Shown piece after piece: positions 1-8,823 of a stretch of 64,000 nucleotides of DNA (position 1 is the stretch's first letter; each line of letters opens with the position of its first letter). This DNA comes from Hyphomicrobiales bacterium (GTDB taxonomy: Bacteria; Pseudomonadota; Alphaproteobacteria; Rhizobiales; JACESI01). Both the position numbers and the translations under genes were made by a program. The DNA lies in assembly GCA_039973685.1 (NCBI GenBank), contig JBDWKL010000050.1, positions 1,766-65,765 of the forward strand, written 5' to 3'. The notes under the pieces are model-generated. The model saw nothing but the letters and a program-made list of their open reading frames with translations, was not told the origin of the DNA and ran no database searches.

Positions 1-144
1 GCCGCAAAGCCGCCTAACCAAACACCAATCAGCACATCTCGTTGCCGATTCAGCAAAAGTGTTTTGCGCCATTTTATATTTGTCTCAAAGAAAGAGTGGC
101 TTATGGTGATGAGAATAGGCAAGGCACGAACTTAGGCGGATAGT

Positions 145-582
145 TTGACCAACGAACCAAAAATCAACAGGGAAGAATTGACCGAATATCTGCGGGTAGA
201 ATTTCCGCAAGTGTTCGACAACCCACGCGACATGGAAATCGAAACGCTAGGCTTCGGCGACGTAACAGTGCGCCTTATGGTTCAAGACCATCACTTACGC
301 CCCGGTGGCACTGTGTCTGGCCCCTCCATGATGACGCTGGTTGATTGCGCGGCCTATGTGTCCGTCCTCAGCATGATTGGCCGCCAAGCACTGGCTGTAA
401 CCACCAATCTCAACATCAACTTCCTACGCAAACCACCCGCAGCCTCAGACCTATTATGCGATTGCCGCCCCTTGAAGCTCGGAAAATCTCTCTTCGTCTG
501 CGATGCCTTGGTCTATGGCGCAGAAGACAAGGACAAAACACCCCTTGCCCATGCGACGTTGACCTATTCAATTCCGAAGTAG
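145..582 (+). CDS. PaaI-type hotdog-fold thioesterase family protein
   Basis: 145-aa ORF with a TTG start. Size and the GGTVSGPSMMTLVDCAAY segment resemble PaaI/4HBT thioesterases. GC is core-like. Confidence 0.7.
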   Translation: MTNEPKINREELTEYLRVEFPQVFDNPRDMEIETLGFGDVTVRLMVQDHHLRPGGTVSGPSMMTLVDCAAYVSVLSMIGRQALAVTTNLNINFLRKPPAASDLLCDCRPLKLGKSLFVCDALVYGAEDKDKTPLAHATLTYSIPK

Positions 583-705
583 GGGTGGAATATGATTACC
601 CTTATGGCAATCGCGCGAAGTTAGGGTGTGGTGATGTGGAGCGTGCGAACCTTGTGCTTGAGGGAATTATTGGCAAGCACCTCATATTACGTCTAGGATG
701 GTGAA

Positions 706-1527
706 ATGAGCAAAATAGTAAATTTTTATATCGATGATTCTGGAACAAGGCATCCAACAAATGACCGAGGGACGACGCCAGAGCATGGGTATGACTGGTT
801 TGCGTTCGGAGGCGTTCTCATAGATGAAGAGGATGAGATAAAAGCAAGAGAATTACATGCAAATTTCTGCCAAAATTGGGACATTACTCAACCTTTACAT
901 TCTTCAGAAATTAGATCTCAGAATGAAAATTTTTTCTGGCTGCGAGACCTAACTGACTCAAAAAAAGAACGCTTTTATGAAGAACTATATTGTATGATGA
1001 GAGATGCTCCCGTCACCGGATTAGCGTGTGTCATAGATAGACCAGGATACAATGAAAGATATTTAGACACTTATAAGAACGAGCCATGGTTGCTCTGCAA
1101 AACAGCATTTAATGTTGTAGCAGAAAGAGCAACAAAACTATCAATATCCCGTAATAGAAAGCTGAGAATTTATCCTGAAAGATGCAATAAATCTGAAGAT
1201 CAAATGATCAAAAGCTATTATGATGCACTGAAAACAAAAGGAATGCCGTTCGCAAAGGCCGAGTCAGATAAATACGCGCCCCTAACAAAAACGGATTTTC
1301 AGAATACGCTGTACGACTTTAAGGCAAAGAAAAAAACGTCCCCCTTAGCTCAGATGGCTGACTTGTACCTATGGCCTATATGCATGGGCGGATATCACAA
1401 AGGGAACAAACCTTATCGACGACTCAAGGAAGATGGAAAATTAATAGAGTGCTATTTAAGTGAGGAAGACCAACTGACACTTGCAAGCAAGTACAGTTGT
1501 TTTGAGAATGTAAACGTTAAACCTTAA
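706..1527 (+). CDS. DUF3800 domain-containing protein (function unknown)
   Basis: 273-aa ORF with the N-terminal FYIDDSG motif typical of DUF3800, plus LHSSEIR and MADLYLWP. GC is markedly low (~32-43% in sampled lines). A hairpin terminator follows. Confidence 0.8.
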   Translation: MSKIVNFYIDDSGTRHPTNDRGTTPEHGYDWFAFGGVLIDEEDEIKARELHANFCQNWDITQPLHSSEIRSQNENFFWLRDLTDSKKERFYEELYCMMRDAPVTGLACVIDRPGYNERYLDTYKNEPWLLCKTAFNVVAERATKLSISRNRKLRIYPERCNKSEDQMIKSYYDALKTKGMPFAKAESDKYAPLTKTDFQNTLYDFKAKKKTSPLAQMADLYLWPICMGGYHKGNKPYRRLKEDGKLIECYLSEEDQLTLASKYSCFENVNVKP

Positions 1528-1533
1528 AACACA

Positions 1534-1562
1534 AAAACCTCATACGTTTCCGTAGAGGTTTT
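1534..1562 (+). terminator. Rho-independent terminator-like hairpin after the DUF3800 gene
   Basis: AAAACCTC-A-TACG / TTTC loop / CGTA-GAGGTTTT forms a 12-bp stem with one bulged A and ends in a T run. It lies 7 nt after the stop codon. Confidence 0.6.
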
Positions 1563-2031
1563 GGCGACCGCACAGGCGATCTCGTAGGCTAAGCCTAGCT
1601 CTTTTATATCAGAATCAGCCGAGAATTTCAATGTCTGTCTATTAAACATCTATAATGGATTGTAAAAATATTATTTTGTCAATGAATTCAATGCATTAAC
1701 TTTGCAAGAAATGGGGGGAATATATTTGTATGCTTAAAATCATGACAAAAAACAAAAACTGACATATTCGGAGAAGCCACCAAAGCACTCGCAACCGACA
1801 ACTACGAAAAGCGTTTTGACAAGAACTTAACCTATTCGATACAGAAATAAGCATGAATTTAATGAGGTAACATAATACCTATTTTGTAACCCATTGTTTT
1901 AACACAGCTTTTCAATTATTTTCCGCTTGACCAAACACTAAACTCGTCTTATTCCATCCCTCAACGGCGAAGAGTGATGTTTTGTTGCTTTTTGCGTTTG
2001 AAAACAACCAGAACAATAAATGGAAATTTCC

Positions 2032-2496
2032 ATGTCTACCTTTTCTCAAAAACCTGCTGAGGTCGAAAAGAAATGGATTGTGATTGATGCAAAGGGCCTC
2101 GTAGTTGGTCGTTTAGCAGCAGTAATCGCAACCCGTCTTCGCGGCAAGCACCTGCCTACATTCACACCGCATGTGGATATGGGCGACAATGTCATCGTAA
2201 TCAACGCTGACAAAGTAGTCTTCACTGGTAAGAAGTTCGAAGACAAAAGATACTACTGGCACACAGGCTTCCCTGGCGGGATTAAAGAGCGCACACCACG
2301 CGCGATCCTCGAAGGCAAGTTCCCAGAGCGTGTTGTTCAAAAAGCTGTTCAGCGCATGATGCCGGGCGGACCTTTGACACGTCAGCAGCTTCGTAATCTT
2401 CGTGTTTATGCAGGTACAGAGCACCCGCATGAAGCACAAAACCCAGAAACACTCGATGTCGGCTCAATGAACCGCAAGAACAAGAGGGTCGCATAA
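2032..2496 (+). CDS. rplM: 50S ribosomal protein L13
   Basis: [29 protein letters not shown] is a canonical L13 N-terminus. The ORF track starts 4 codons earlier, at 2020. Confidence 0.95.
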   Translation: MSTFSQKPAEVEKKWIVIDAKGLVVGRLAAVIATRLRGKHLPTFTPHVDMGDNVIVINADKVVFTGKKFEDKRYYWHTGFPGGIKERTPRAILEGKFPERVVQKAVQRMMPGGPLTRQQLRNLRVYAGTEHPHEAQNPETLDVGSMNRKNKRVA

Positions 2497-2498
2497 TT

Positions 2499-2996
2499 AT
2501 GGCTGAAGAAATCAAATCCCTCGAAGACCTCGGCGAAGCAGTTAATGCCGCTCCAGCAATGGATGACGAGCAGCAAGCAGCCCCTGTCTACGTTCAAAAG
2601 CTAGACGCACACGGTCGTTCATACGCAACTGGTAAGCGTAAAGATGCGATTGCTCGTGTTTGGGTAAAACCAGGTGCTGGCAAAATCACTGTAAACGGCA
2701 AAGACATGGACAAGTATTTCGCGCGTCCAGTATTGCAGTTGATCATCAACCAGCCGCTTGAGCTTGTTGATCGTAAAACACAGTACGATATCATCGCAAC
2801 TGTATCTGGCGGCGGTCTTTCTGGCCAAGCTGGTGCGGTTCGTCACGGTCTTTCATTGGCCCTCACCCGCTTTGAGCCTGAGCTTCGCTCACCACTCAAA
2901 AAAGGTGGCTTCCTAACACGCGACAGTCGTGTTGTTGAACGGAAGAAATACGGTCGCGCAAAAGCCCGTCGTTCATTCCAGTTCTCAAAACGCTAA
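2499..2996 (+). CDS. rpsI: 30S ribosomal protein S9
   Basis: Contains [19 protein letters not shown] and the C-terminal [10 protein letters not shown]. Starts 2 nt after the rplM stop, the classic rplM-rpsI operon arrangement. Confidence 0.95.
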   Translation: MAEEIKSLEDLGEAVNAAPAMDDEQQAAPVYVQKLDAHGRSYATGKRKDAIARVWVKPGAGKITVNGKDMDKYFARPVLQLIINQPLELVDRKTQYDIIATVSGGGLSGQAGAVRHGLSLALTRFEPELRSPLKKGGFLTRDSRVVERKKYGRAKARRSFQFSKR

Positions 2997-3043
2997 TCGC
3001 GTTTCTGGGGCCAGTTCTCAAAACGCTAATCGCGTTTCTAGGG
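2978..3043 (+). repeat. Tandem 33-bp duplication covering the rpsI 3' end and stop codon
   Basis: CCAGTTCTCAAAACGCTAATCGCGTTTCTGGGG (2978-3010) is immediately repeated at 3011-3043 with one mismatch (G to A). Each copy holds the small palindrome AAACGC-TAATC-GCGTTT. Confidence 0.9.
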
Positions 3044-3090
3044 CAAGCTTACAAAGCGTTGGCTTCAATATTGAGAATACTAAAAACAAT

Positions 3091-3124
3091 AAAAGCACGG
3101 GTTTTGCCCGTGCTTTTTTATTTT
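3091..3124 (+). terminator. Rho-independent terminator of rplM-rpsI
   Basis: AAAAGCACGGG / TTTTG loop / CCCGTGC followed by TTTTTTATTTT. Confidence 0.75.
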
Positions 3125-3249
3125 GCGCAGGAATAAATCCCGCAAACATTTGGTTTTGACTTAATCCAAGGCCCATCTCACTTAGAAAGCGTTGCTTAAC
3201 ATCTAAATGGTAAGGTGTAGACAGAGAGCACTGCAACCTGAGCATAACC

Positions 3250-4062
3250 ATGACCCTCGCCGTCATCACAACCTATTACAATGAAGTCGAGACCATCGGC
3301 GAAGTTGTGGATGCAATTGCGAAAACAGAAGCAGCTTTTGATCTTTATTTAATCGACGATTGTTCCACCAAACCACCTAGCGATGTGCTGGAGCGGTATG
3401 GCAACGAGCCTTGGTTCCATTATCTCAAGAATGAAAAGAACATGGGGCCGGTATTTGGGTTGAATCGTGGCATCAAAAAAGCGTTGGAAAATGGTGCGAC
3501 TTTTATCGCCATCAACGATTCTGATGACGTCACCTATGACAACCGTTTCCCAGAGACATTGGCCGCCTTTAACGCCGACCCAGAACTGATGATTGTCGGC
3601 GGTGGCGCTGATTTTACAGATCATGATACCGGCGAGCTACTATGGCAAACCAACCATCCAAGTGAAAATGATGCGATACATCGGCAAAATTGGTTGAATT
3701 CAGCCTTTGTGCATTCAACCGTCACGTATCGTGCTGAAGTATTCAACAAAGTTGGGTTTTACCGTGAGGGCTGTTACGCGCTTGATTATGATATGATTAC
3801 GCGGGTTCTAACATCTGGCGTAAAGGCCGCAAATCTGCCGTCTATCGTGCTCAAATATAACGTACGCGAAAATTCAATGTCGGTCTCAAAACGCCGTAAA
3901 CAGGTTTCGTCCAGATTGAGCGTTCAACTGCGCCATTTCTCCCTATTTAATCCGTTAAGTTGGCTCGGCATCATACGCTCATCCCTTGCCTATATCGCGC
4001 CCAACAATGCGCCAAGTAACGCTAAAACACTGCTTCACAAATTTAAGATCAGAGCATCATGA
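3250..4062 (+). CDS. Glycosyltransferase family 2 protein
   Basis: N-terminal VITTYYNE...LIDDCST and INDSDDV (DxD-like) match the GT2 fold pattern. The ATGA overlap with the next gene suggests coupling. Confidence 0.85.
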   Translation: MTLAVITTYYNEVETIGEVVDAIAKTEAAFDLYLIDDCSTKPPSDVLERYGNEPWFHYLKNEKNMGPVFGLNRGIKKALENGATFIAINDSDDVTYDNRFPETLAAFNADPELMIVGGGADFTDHDTGELLWQTNHPSENDAIHRQNWLNSAFVHSTVTYRAEVFNKVGFYREGCYALDYDMITRVLTSGVKAANLPSIVLKYNVRENSMSVSKRRKQVSSRLSVQLRHFSLFNPLSWLGIIRSSLAYIAPNNAPSNAKTLLHKFKIRAS

Positions 4063-5306
4063 GTAAGAACGGCCTGTTTTCACAAGCAAGCTGGAGCTTA
4101 ACGGGGCAAGTTGGATATTACGGCTTGCAATGGATGAATATGATCATCCTAGCTCGGCTTTCTGGGCCAGAAGCCGTTGGTCTTTATACGCTCGGTCTGG
4201 CCATCGCAAATCCGATCATGGCTGTTGCATCACTGATGTTCCGCTTGGTCTACGCCACAGAACAAAACAATCGTTGGAGCATTGCAGATTATGATGCTGT
4301 GCGTTGGGTTACATTGCCGATCGGCGTGTTTGCCATTGCAGCCATCGGCTTCGGCCTTGGTTACCGCGAACTCGCCCTCATTGTGATTTTAATCGCGGCG
4401 AGCTGGAAATTTGCTGAAACGTTGAGCGACATTAATTACGCAGTCCCCCATAAACGCGGCGATATGCGCGCCATCGCGCTTTCTATGATCATGCGGGCAG
4501 CGCTCTCCTCTTTCGTCCTCGCTCTCGTCCTTTACACCTATGAGCGCCTCGATTACGCGCTTGGCGCTTTCTCGCTTACATGGTGGGTTTGCTACATCTT
4601 GATTGATAAGCGGTTTTTGCGTGACGCGGAACCAAAGGTTGGCGATGCAACAAGAGTAGACTTAGTGCGGTTCGCCCTGCCAATGGCATTGTCTGCTGCC
4701 GTTATCTATCTAACCTTCTCGATCCCGCGCATCATTCTGGATCAATATGAAGACACTGCAACACTCGGCATCTTCGCCGCCATTAGTCATCTGCTGCTAG
4801 TTGGTGCGCTTGCTGTCAATTCTGTCGGTGCTGCTATCACCCCGCGCCTTTCGCGCTATTTCGCCAATGGCGAGATGGGATCTTACTTCAAAGAGATCGG
4901 CATTGCGATTGGTGCGGCTGCTTTTGTGGCTTTGGGTTTTATCAGTGTCGCCTATTTTGCCGGCGATCTTTTAATCACCCTGATTTATGGTCGTGCCATT
5001 GCAGGCCAAGGTGAATTGGTCTTCGCAATGAGCCTTGCTTCCTTGCCAATGTATATCGGCTCGATCATCGGGTTTGTCCCGCCTGCTCTTCAAGCTTATC
5101 GTTTTCATCTCATCGTCAACGTTATAACCGTCATTGGAACAACAGCCGCTGCCTTCGCCTTCATTCCATCAATGGGTGCAATCGGCGCTGTCTATGCCGT
5201 GATGATCCAAGGCACCTTGCAACTGCTCAATGCGTTGATTTTGCTGCGTCGCCCTAAAACAAATTCGCAAGAGCCTGAAGATCCTTCTTTGCTTGAGGCC
5301 AATTGA
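4059..5306 (+). CDS. Oligosaccharide/polysaccharide flippase (Wzx / Polysacc_synt family) membrane protein
   Basis: 415-aa protein with many predicted TM segments. The N-terminus SWSLTGQVGYYGLQWMNMIILARLSGPEAVGLY is typical of Wzx-type flippases. Overlaps the GT2 gene by 4 nt. Confidence 0.75.
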   Translation: MSKNGLFSQASWSLTGQVGYYGLQWMNMIILARLSGPEAVGLYTLGLAIANPIMAVASLMFRLVYATEQNNRWSIADYDAVRWVTLPIGVFAIAAIGFGLGYRELALIVILIAASWKFAETLSDINYAVPHKRGDMRAIALSMIMRAALSSFVLALVLYTYERLDYALGAFSLTWWVCYILIDKRFLRDAEPKVGDATRVDLVRFALPMALSAAVIYLTFSIPRIILDQYEDTATLGIFAAISHLLLVGALAVNSVGAAITPRLSRYFANGEMGSYFKEIGIAIGAAAFVALGFISVAYFAGDLLITLIYGRAIAGQGELVFAMSLASLPMYIGSIIGFVPPALQAYRFHLIVNVITVIGTTAAAFAFIPSMGAIGAVYAVMIQGTLQLLNALILLRRPKTNSQEPEDPSLLEAN

Positions 5307-5345
5307 GCGTTAGAACTAAGCAATCAAAAAGCTGGGTTCTTCTCA

Positions 5346-6308
5346 ATGACATATGAAAAAGACAAATTCGCCAATGATTTCGCATTCACCAGTGACACCC
5401 CTTATGGTGCAGCAAGTGAACCAACCTTTGCAGGCGCTTTATCCTTTATGCGTCGGCAATATTCACGAGATTTGAGCAAAGCGGATGTGGCCGTTCTCGG
5501 CATCCCGCTTGATACCGCCACCTCAAACCGCCCCGGCACCCGCTTTGGACCGCAAGGCGTGCGGCGCGCTTCTGTCATTTTATGTGAGGCACCGCATTAC
5601 CCCTTCGGCTTTGACATCTTCGAAGACCTCGCCGTCATCGATTATGGCGATTGTCTGTTTGATTATGGTCGCGGCCAAGAAGTGCCTGACACGATTTATC
5701 AAACAGCAAAGAAGGTCGTTGATAGCGGCACGTTCCTTTATTCAATTGGTGGCGATCATTTCGTCACCTACCCTTTGTTGAAAGCACATGCTGAAAAACA
5801 CGGCCCCGTCGCCCTCGTTCAGTTTGATGCCCACCAAGACACATGGGATGATGAAGAAGACCGCATCGACCACGGCACCATGATAACCCGCGCCGTGAAG
5901 CACGGACTAATTGACGTGGATCACTCGATCCAAATCGGCATCCGCACCCATGCGAGTGACACCTATGGCATCGAAATTATCGACGCGCAGGAAATGCATA
6001 AGCTCAGCGACGTAGAAATTGCAAAGCGCATTTATGACCGCGTCGCAGGCAAAAGCGCCTACCTCACCTTCGATATTGATTGCCTCGACCCCGCTTTTGC
6101 CCCTGGAACAGGAACGCCTGTTTGTGGTGGTCTCACCAGTGCGAAGGCCATCGACATTATGTGCCACTTGAAGAATATTCCGTTTGTTGGTGGTGATGTT
6201 GTGGAGGTCTCCCCACCTTACGATCATGCTGATGTCACCTCGCTTGCAGGTGCCACCATCGCACAATGCTTCCTCGGCCTTCTTGCACAACGCAAACGCG
6301 AGGCGTAA
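5346..6308 (+). CDS. Agmatinase-family ureohydrolase (agmatinase or guanidino-acid hydrolase)
   Basis: Carries the arginase-fold Mn-binding motifs GGDHFVTYP, FDAHQDTW and SFDIDCLDPAFAPGTGTP. Confidence 0.85.
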   Translation: MTYEKDKFANDFAFTSDTPYGAASEPTFAGALSFMRRQYSRDLSKADVAVLGIPLDTATSNRPGTRFGPQGVRRASVILCEAPHYPFGFDIFEDLAVIDYGDCLFDYGRGQEVPDTIYQTAKKVVDSGTFLYSIGGDHFVTYPLLKAHAEKHGPVALVQFDAHQDTWDDEEDRIDHGTMITRAVKHGLIDVDHSIQIGIRTHASDTYGIEIIDAQEMHKLSDVEIAKRIYDRVAGKSAYLTFDIDCLDPAFAPGTGTPVCGGLTSAKAIDIMCHLKNIPFVGGDVVEVSPPYDHADVTSLAGATIAQCFLGLLAQRKREA

Positions 6309-6363
6309 GAGAGACACAAGTTGATCTCCCATCAACAAATTCACTAAGACGACAGGAAATATC

Positions 6364-7419
6364 ATGGCAGATAAAAAGCTTCGTATCGGCGTGCTCGGCG
6401 CATCTGGATATACAGGTTCCGACCTCGTGCGCTTGGCTGCCCGCCATCCCAATATCGAAATCACCGCGCTAACGGCCAACAGTCACGCTGGCAAAAAGAT
6501 GTCAGCAGTATTCCCACATTTTCACATGCTTGACTTGCCAGATCTTGTGACATGGGAACAGGTCAATTGGGATGACATGGACGCGGTTTTCTGCGGCCTG
6601 CCTCACGGCACAACCCAAGATGTGACCAAAGCCATCTACGAAGCGAATGACGCCATCAAAATCATCGATATGTCCGCAGATTTTCGCCTGCGCGATACGG
6701 CTACCTATGCCAAGTGGTACGGACTAGAGCACCGTGCGCCTCATCTACAGGGTGATGCTGTCTATGGTCTTTCTGAGCATTACCGCGACGACATCAAGAA
6801 CGCCCGCATTGTGGCTTGCCCAGGTTGTTATCCAACTGCGACATTGATGGCGCTTATCCCTGTTGCAGCAGCAGGTGCTGTCTCACCGCATGATCTCATC
6901 ATTGATGCCAAATCTGGCACCACAGGTGCAGGCCGTGGCGCGAAGCAAGCTATGCTGCTTTCAGAGGCTGGTGAAGGTCTCACGCCATACGGCGTTGCAG
7001 GTCACCGCCACGCCCCTGAGATTGAGCAAGAAGTAAGCAAAGCAAGTGGCGCAGATGTCACCGTCAACTTCACCCCTCACCTCATCCCAATGAGCCGTGG
7101 CGAACTATGCACAATCTATGCACGACTTGGCGATGGTAAAACTGTTGACGATGTGCGTGCAGCACTCATCAATGCCTACAAAGACGAACCATTCGTTCAC
7201 GTCGCTGATGAAGGCGTTCTGCCACAAACTCAAATGGTGCGTGGCTCCAATCATTGCGTCATCAACGTGTTTAAAGACCGCATTGAAGACCGTGTAATCA
7301 TCATCTCAACCCTTGATAATTTGGTCAAAGGGTCAGCAGGCCAAGCGCTTCAAAATTTCAACATCGCCTTCGGCCTTGAGGAAACCTTGGGCCTTGAGCA
7401 GTTACCACTCTTCCCATAG
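6364..7419 (+). CDS. argC: N-acetyl-gamma-glutamyl-phosphate reductase
   Basis: N-terminal IGVLGASGYTGSDLVRL, active-site ACPGCYPTA and C-terminal DNLVKGSAGQALQN. Confidence 0.93.
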   Translation: MADKKLRIGVLGASGYTGSDLVRLAARHPNIEITALTANSHAGKKMSAVFPHFHMLDLPDLVTWEQVNWDDMDAVFCGLPHGTTQDVTKAIYEANDAIKIIDMSADFRLRDTATYAKWYGLEHRAPHLQGDAVYGLSEHYRDDIKNARIVACPGCYPTATLMALIPVAAAGAVSPHDLIIDAKSGTTGAGRGAKQAMLLSEAGEGLTPYGVAGHRHAPEIEQEVSKASGADVTVNFTPHLIPMSRGELCTIYARLGDGKTVDDVRAALINAYKDEPFVHVADEGVLPQTQMVRGSNHCVINVFKDRIEDRVIIISTLDNLVKGSAGQALQNFNIAFGLEETLGLEQLPLFP

Positions 7420-7458
7420 TCGGGCTTTATACGTTCAAACCAACCAACGGAGCACTTC

Positions 7459-8712
7459 ATGTTTTCTCCAGACCTAATGCAAGAAGTTCGCGATCGTTTT
7501 GCTCATGTAGATAGCTGCCCGTTTGAAGGCGAGCGTATCTTCTTTGAAAATGCTGGTGGCGCTTTGACGCTTAATAGCGCTGTTGAAACCTCCGCCATGT
7601 TTGCCGCGATCCCTGACAATCAAGGCCGCGCCAATGGTGCTGCTGAAAAGCTGATGGAGATCATCGCGAAATCAAAAGCAGACACCATGCTGTTTTTGAA
7701 CGCCAAAGAAGGCCAAGTCTTTGTTGGTGAAAGCGGCACCGAGCTGCTGTTTCGCGTTATCCGCTCTGCAATCGTTGCAAGCGCCAAAGATGGCAATGTG
7801 ATTGGCACCACATTAGAACACCCCGCCTCCCGAAGTGCTGCTCGCCATTGGGCAGCCGAGACAGGTCTCAATTACCTGCCCGTTGAGCACAACAACGACA
7901 CGGGTTCTGTGGACGCGGAAGCTTATGCAGCCGTCGTTACACCTGATACCCGCGTTGCAACCATTGTGCACACGTCACCCGTTACAGGCATGGGTGTGGA
8001 TGTTGAAAGCGTCTCCAAAGCCATCCGCGCGGTAAGCCCAGATTGTTTCATCATCGTTGATGGCATACAGCACGCCGCTCACGGCGGTCTTGATGTGGAT
8101 GCCTACAATATCGATGCCTATGTCATCTCACCGTACAAATGCTTCTCACGCCACGGCTATGGGCTTGCGTGGGTCTCTGACAAGCTCGGCTCTGCTCACC
8201 ATGAACGTTTGATCGGCTCACCAGAAAACAACTGGGAACTTGGCACTCGAGATACTGGTGCTTATGCGACTTTTAGTGATGTGGTTTCTTATTTTGATTG
8301 GCTTGGTAGCAAAGTAAGCGACAGCACAGACCCCCGCGCGCGTCTTGTTGCGGCATCAAAAGCAATCCATGATCAAGAAAAAGCCCTCACAGATGCCATG
8401 CTCTTTGGCGCTGGCAACATGAAGGGGCTTGCTGACATGGAGAAAGTTTCTATCATCGGTGGCCTCGAAAACCCTATGCGTGAAGGTTTGGTGGCTCTTA
8501 ATGTTGACGGCATGGAAGCCCCTGATGTGGTTGAAAAACTCAACCAAGCAGGCATCCGCACCCACACCCGCAAGGCAGATCATTATTCTGGCAATGTGCT
8601 GGATCCGCTCGGCTTGTCAGGCTGTGTGCGTGTTTCAATGTGTCACTACAATTCAGAAGCAGAAGTAACCCGCTTCTTGGAAGTAATGCGCGATATTGTG
8701 GCAACCGCCTAG
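7459..8712 (+). CDS. Class V-fold PLP-dependent aminotransferase/desulfurase-like enzyme
   Basis: 417 aa. IVDGIQHAAHG and VISPYKCF (candidate PLP lysine) fit the class V fold. Substrate cannot be assigned. Confidence 0.7.
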   Translation: MFSPDLMQEVRDRFAHVDSCPFEGERIFFENAGGALTLNSAVETSAMFAAIPDNQGRANGAAEKLMEIIAKSKADTMLFLNAKEGQVFVGESGTELLFRVIRSAIVASAKDGNVIGTTLEHPASRSAARHWAAETGLNYLPVEHNNDTGSVDAEAYAAVVTPDTRVATIVHTSPVTGMGVDVESVSKAIRAVSPDCFIIVDGIQHAAHGGLDVDAYNIDAYVISPYKCFSRHGYGLAWVSDKLGSAHHERLIGSPENNWELGTRDTGAYATFSDVVSYFDWLGSKVSDSTDPRARLVAASKAIHDQEKALTDAMLFGAGNMKGLADMEKVSIIGGLENPMREGLVALNVDGMEAPDVVEKLNQAGIRTHTRKADHYSGNVLDPLGLSGCVRVSMCHYNSEAEVTRFLEVMRDIVATA

Positions 8713-8823
8713 CGCGTCAACAATGACGTTTAGAAAATTCATAGGGTCGTTTTTGCTCGTTACAATTGCGTAAAAATATTGCACAGTCGGCGCATCATAA
8801 TTATGCGTCGGGAACACCAAGCA

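Noticed and set aside
1-72. Possible 5' end of a minus-strand gene at the window edge. One reading is ATG at 72 giving MAQNTFAESATRC.... Another is a TTG at 56 in a second frame giving ...RDVLIGVWLGGFAA.
   Set aside because: Fewer than 25 codons are visible, two frames are equally plausible, and no motif is recognisable. This is too little to call a feature.
345-704. 119-aa ORF in the track overlapping the thioesterase gene in another frame.
   Set aside because: Most of it is an alternate-frame shadow of the thioesterase CDS with an Arg/Pro/Leu-rich composition. Only its non-overlapping tail (585-704) is noted, under the DUF3800 finding.
1766-1860. A locally GC-richer patch in the AT-rich spacer that translates to ...FGEATKALATDNYEKRFDKNLTYSIQK-stop, a possible gene relic.
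   Set aside because: It has no start codon, only ~30 codons and no recognisable family. It cannot be told apart from chance.
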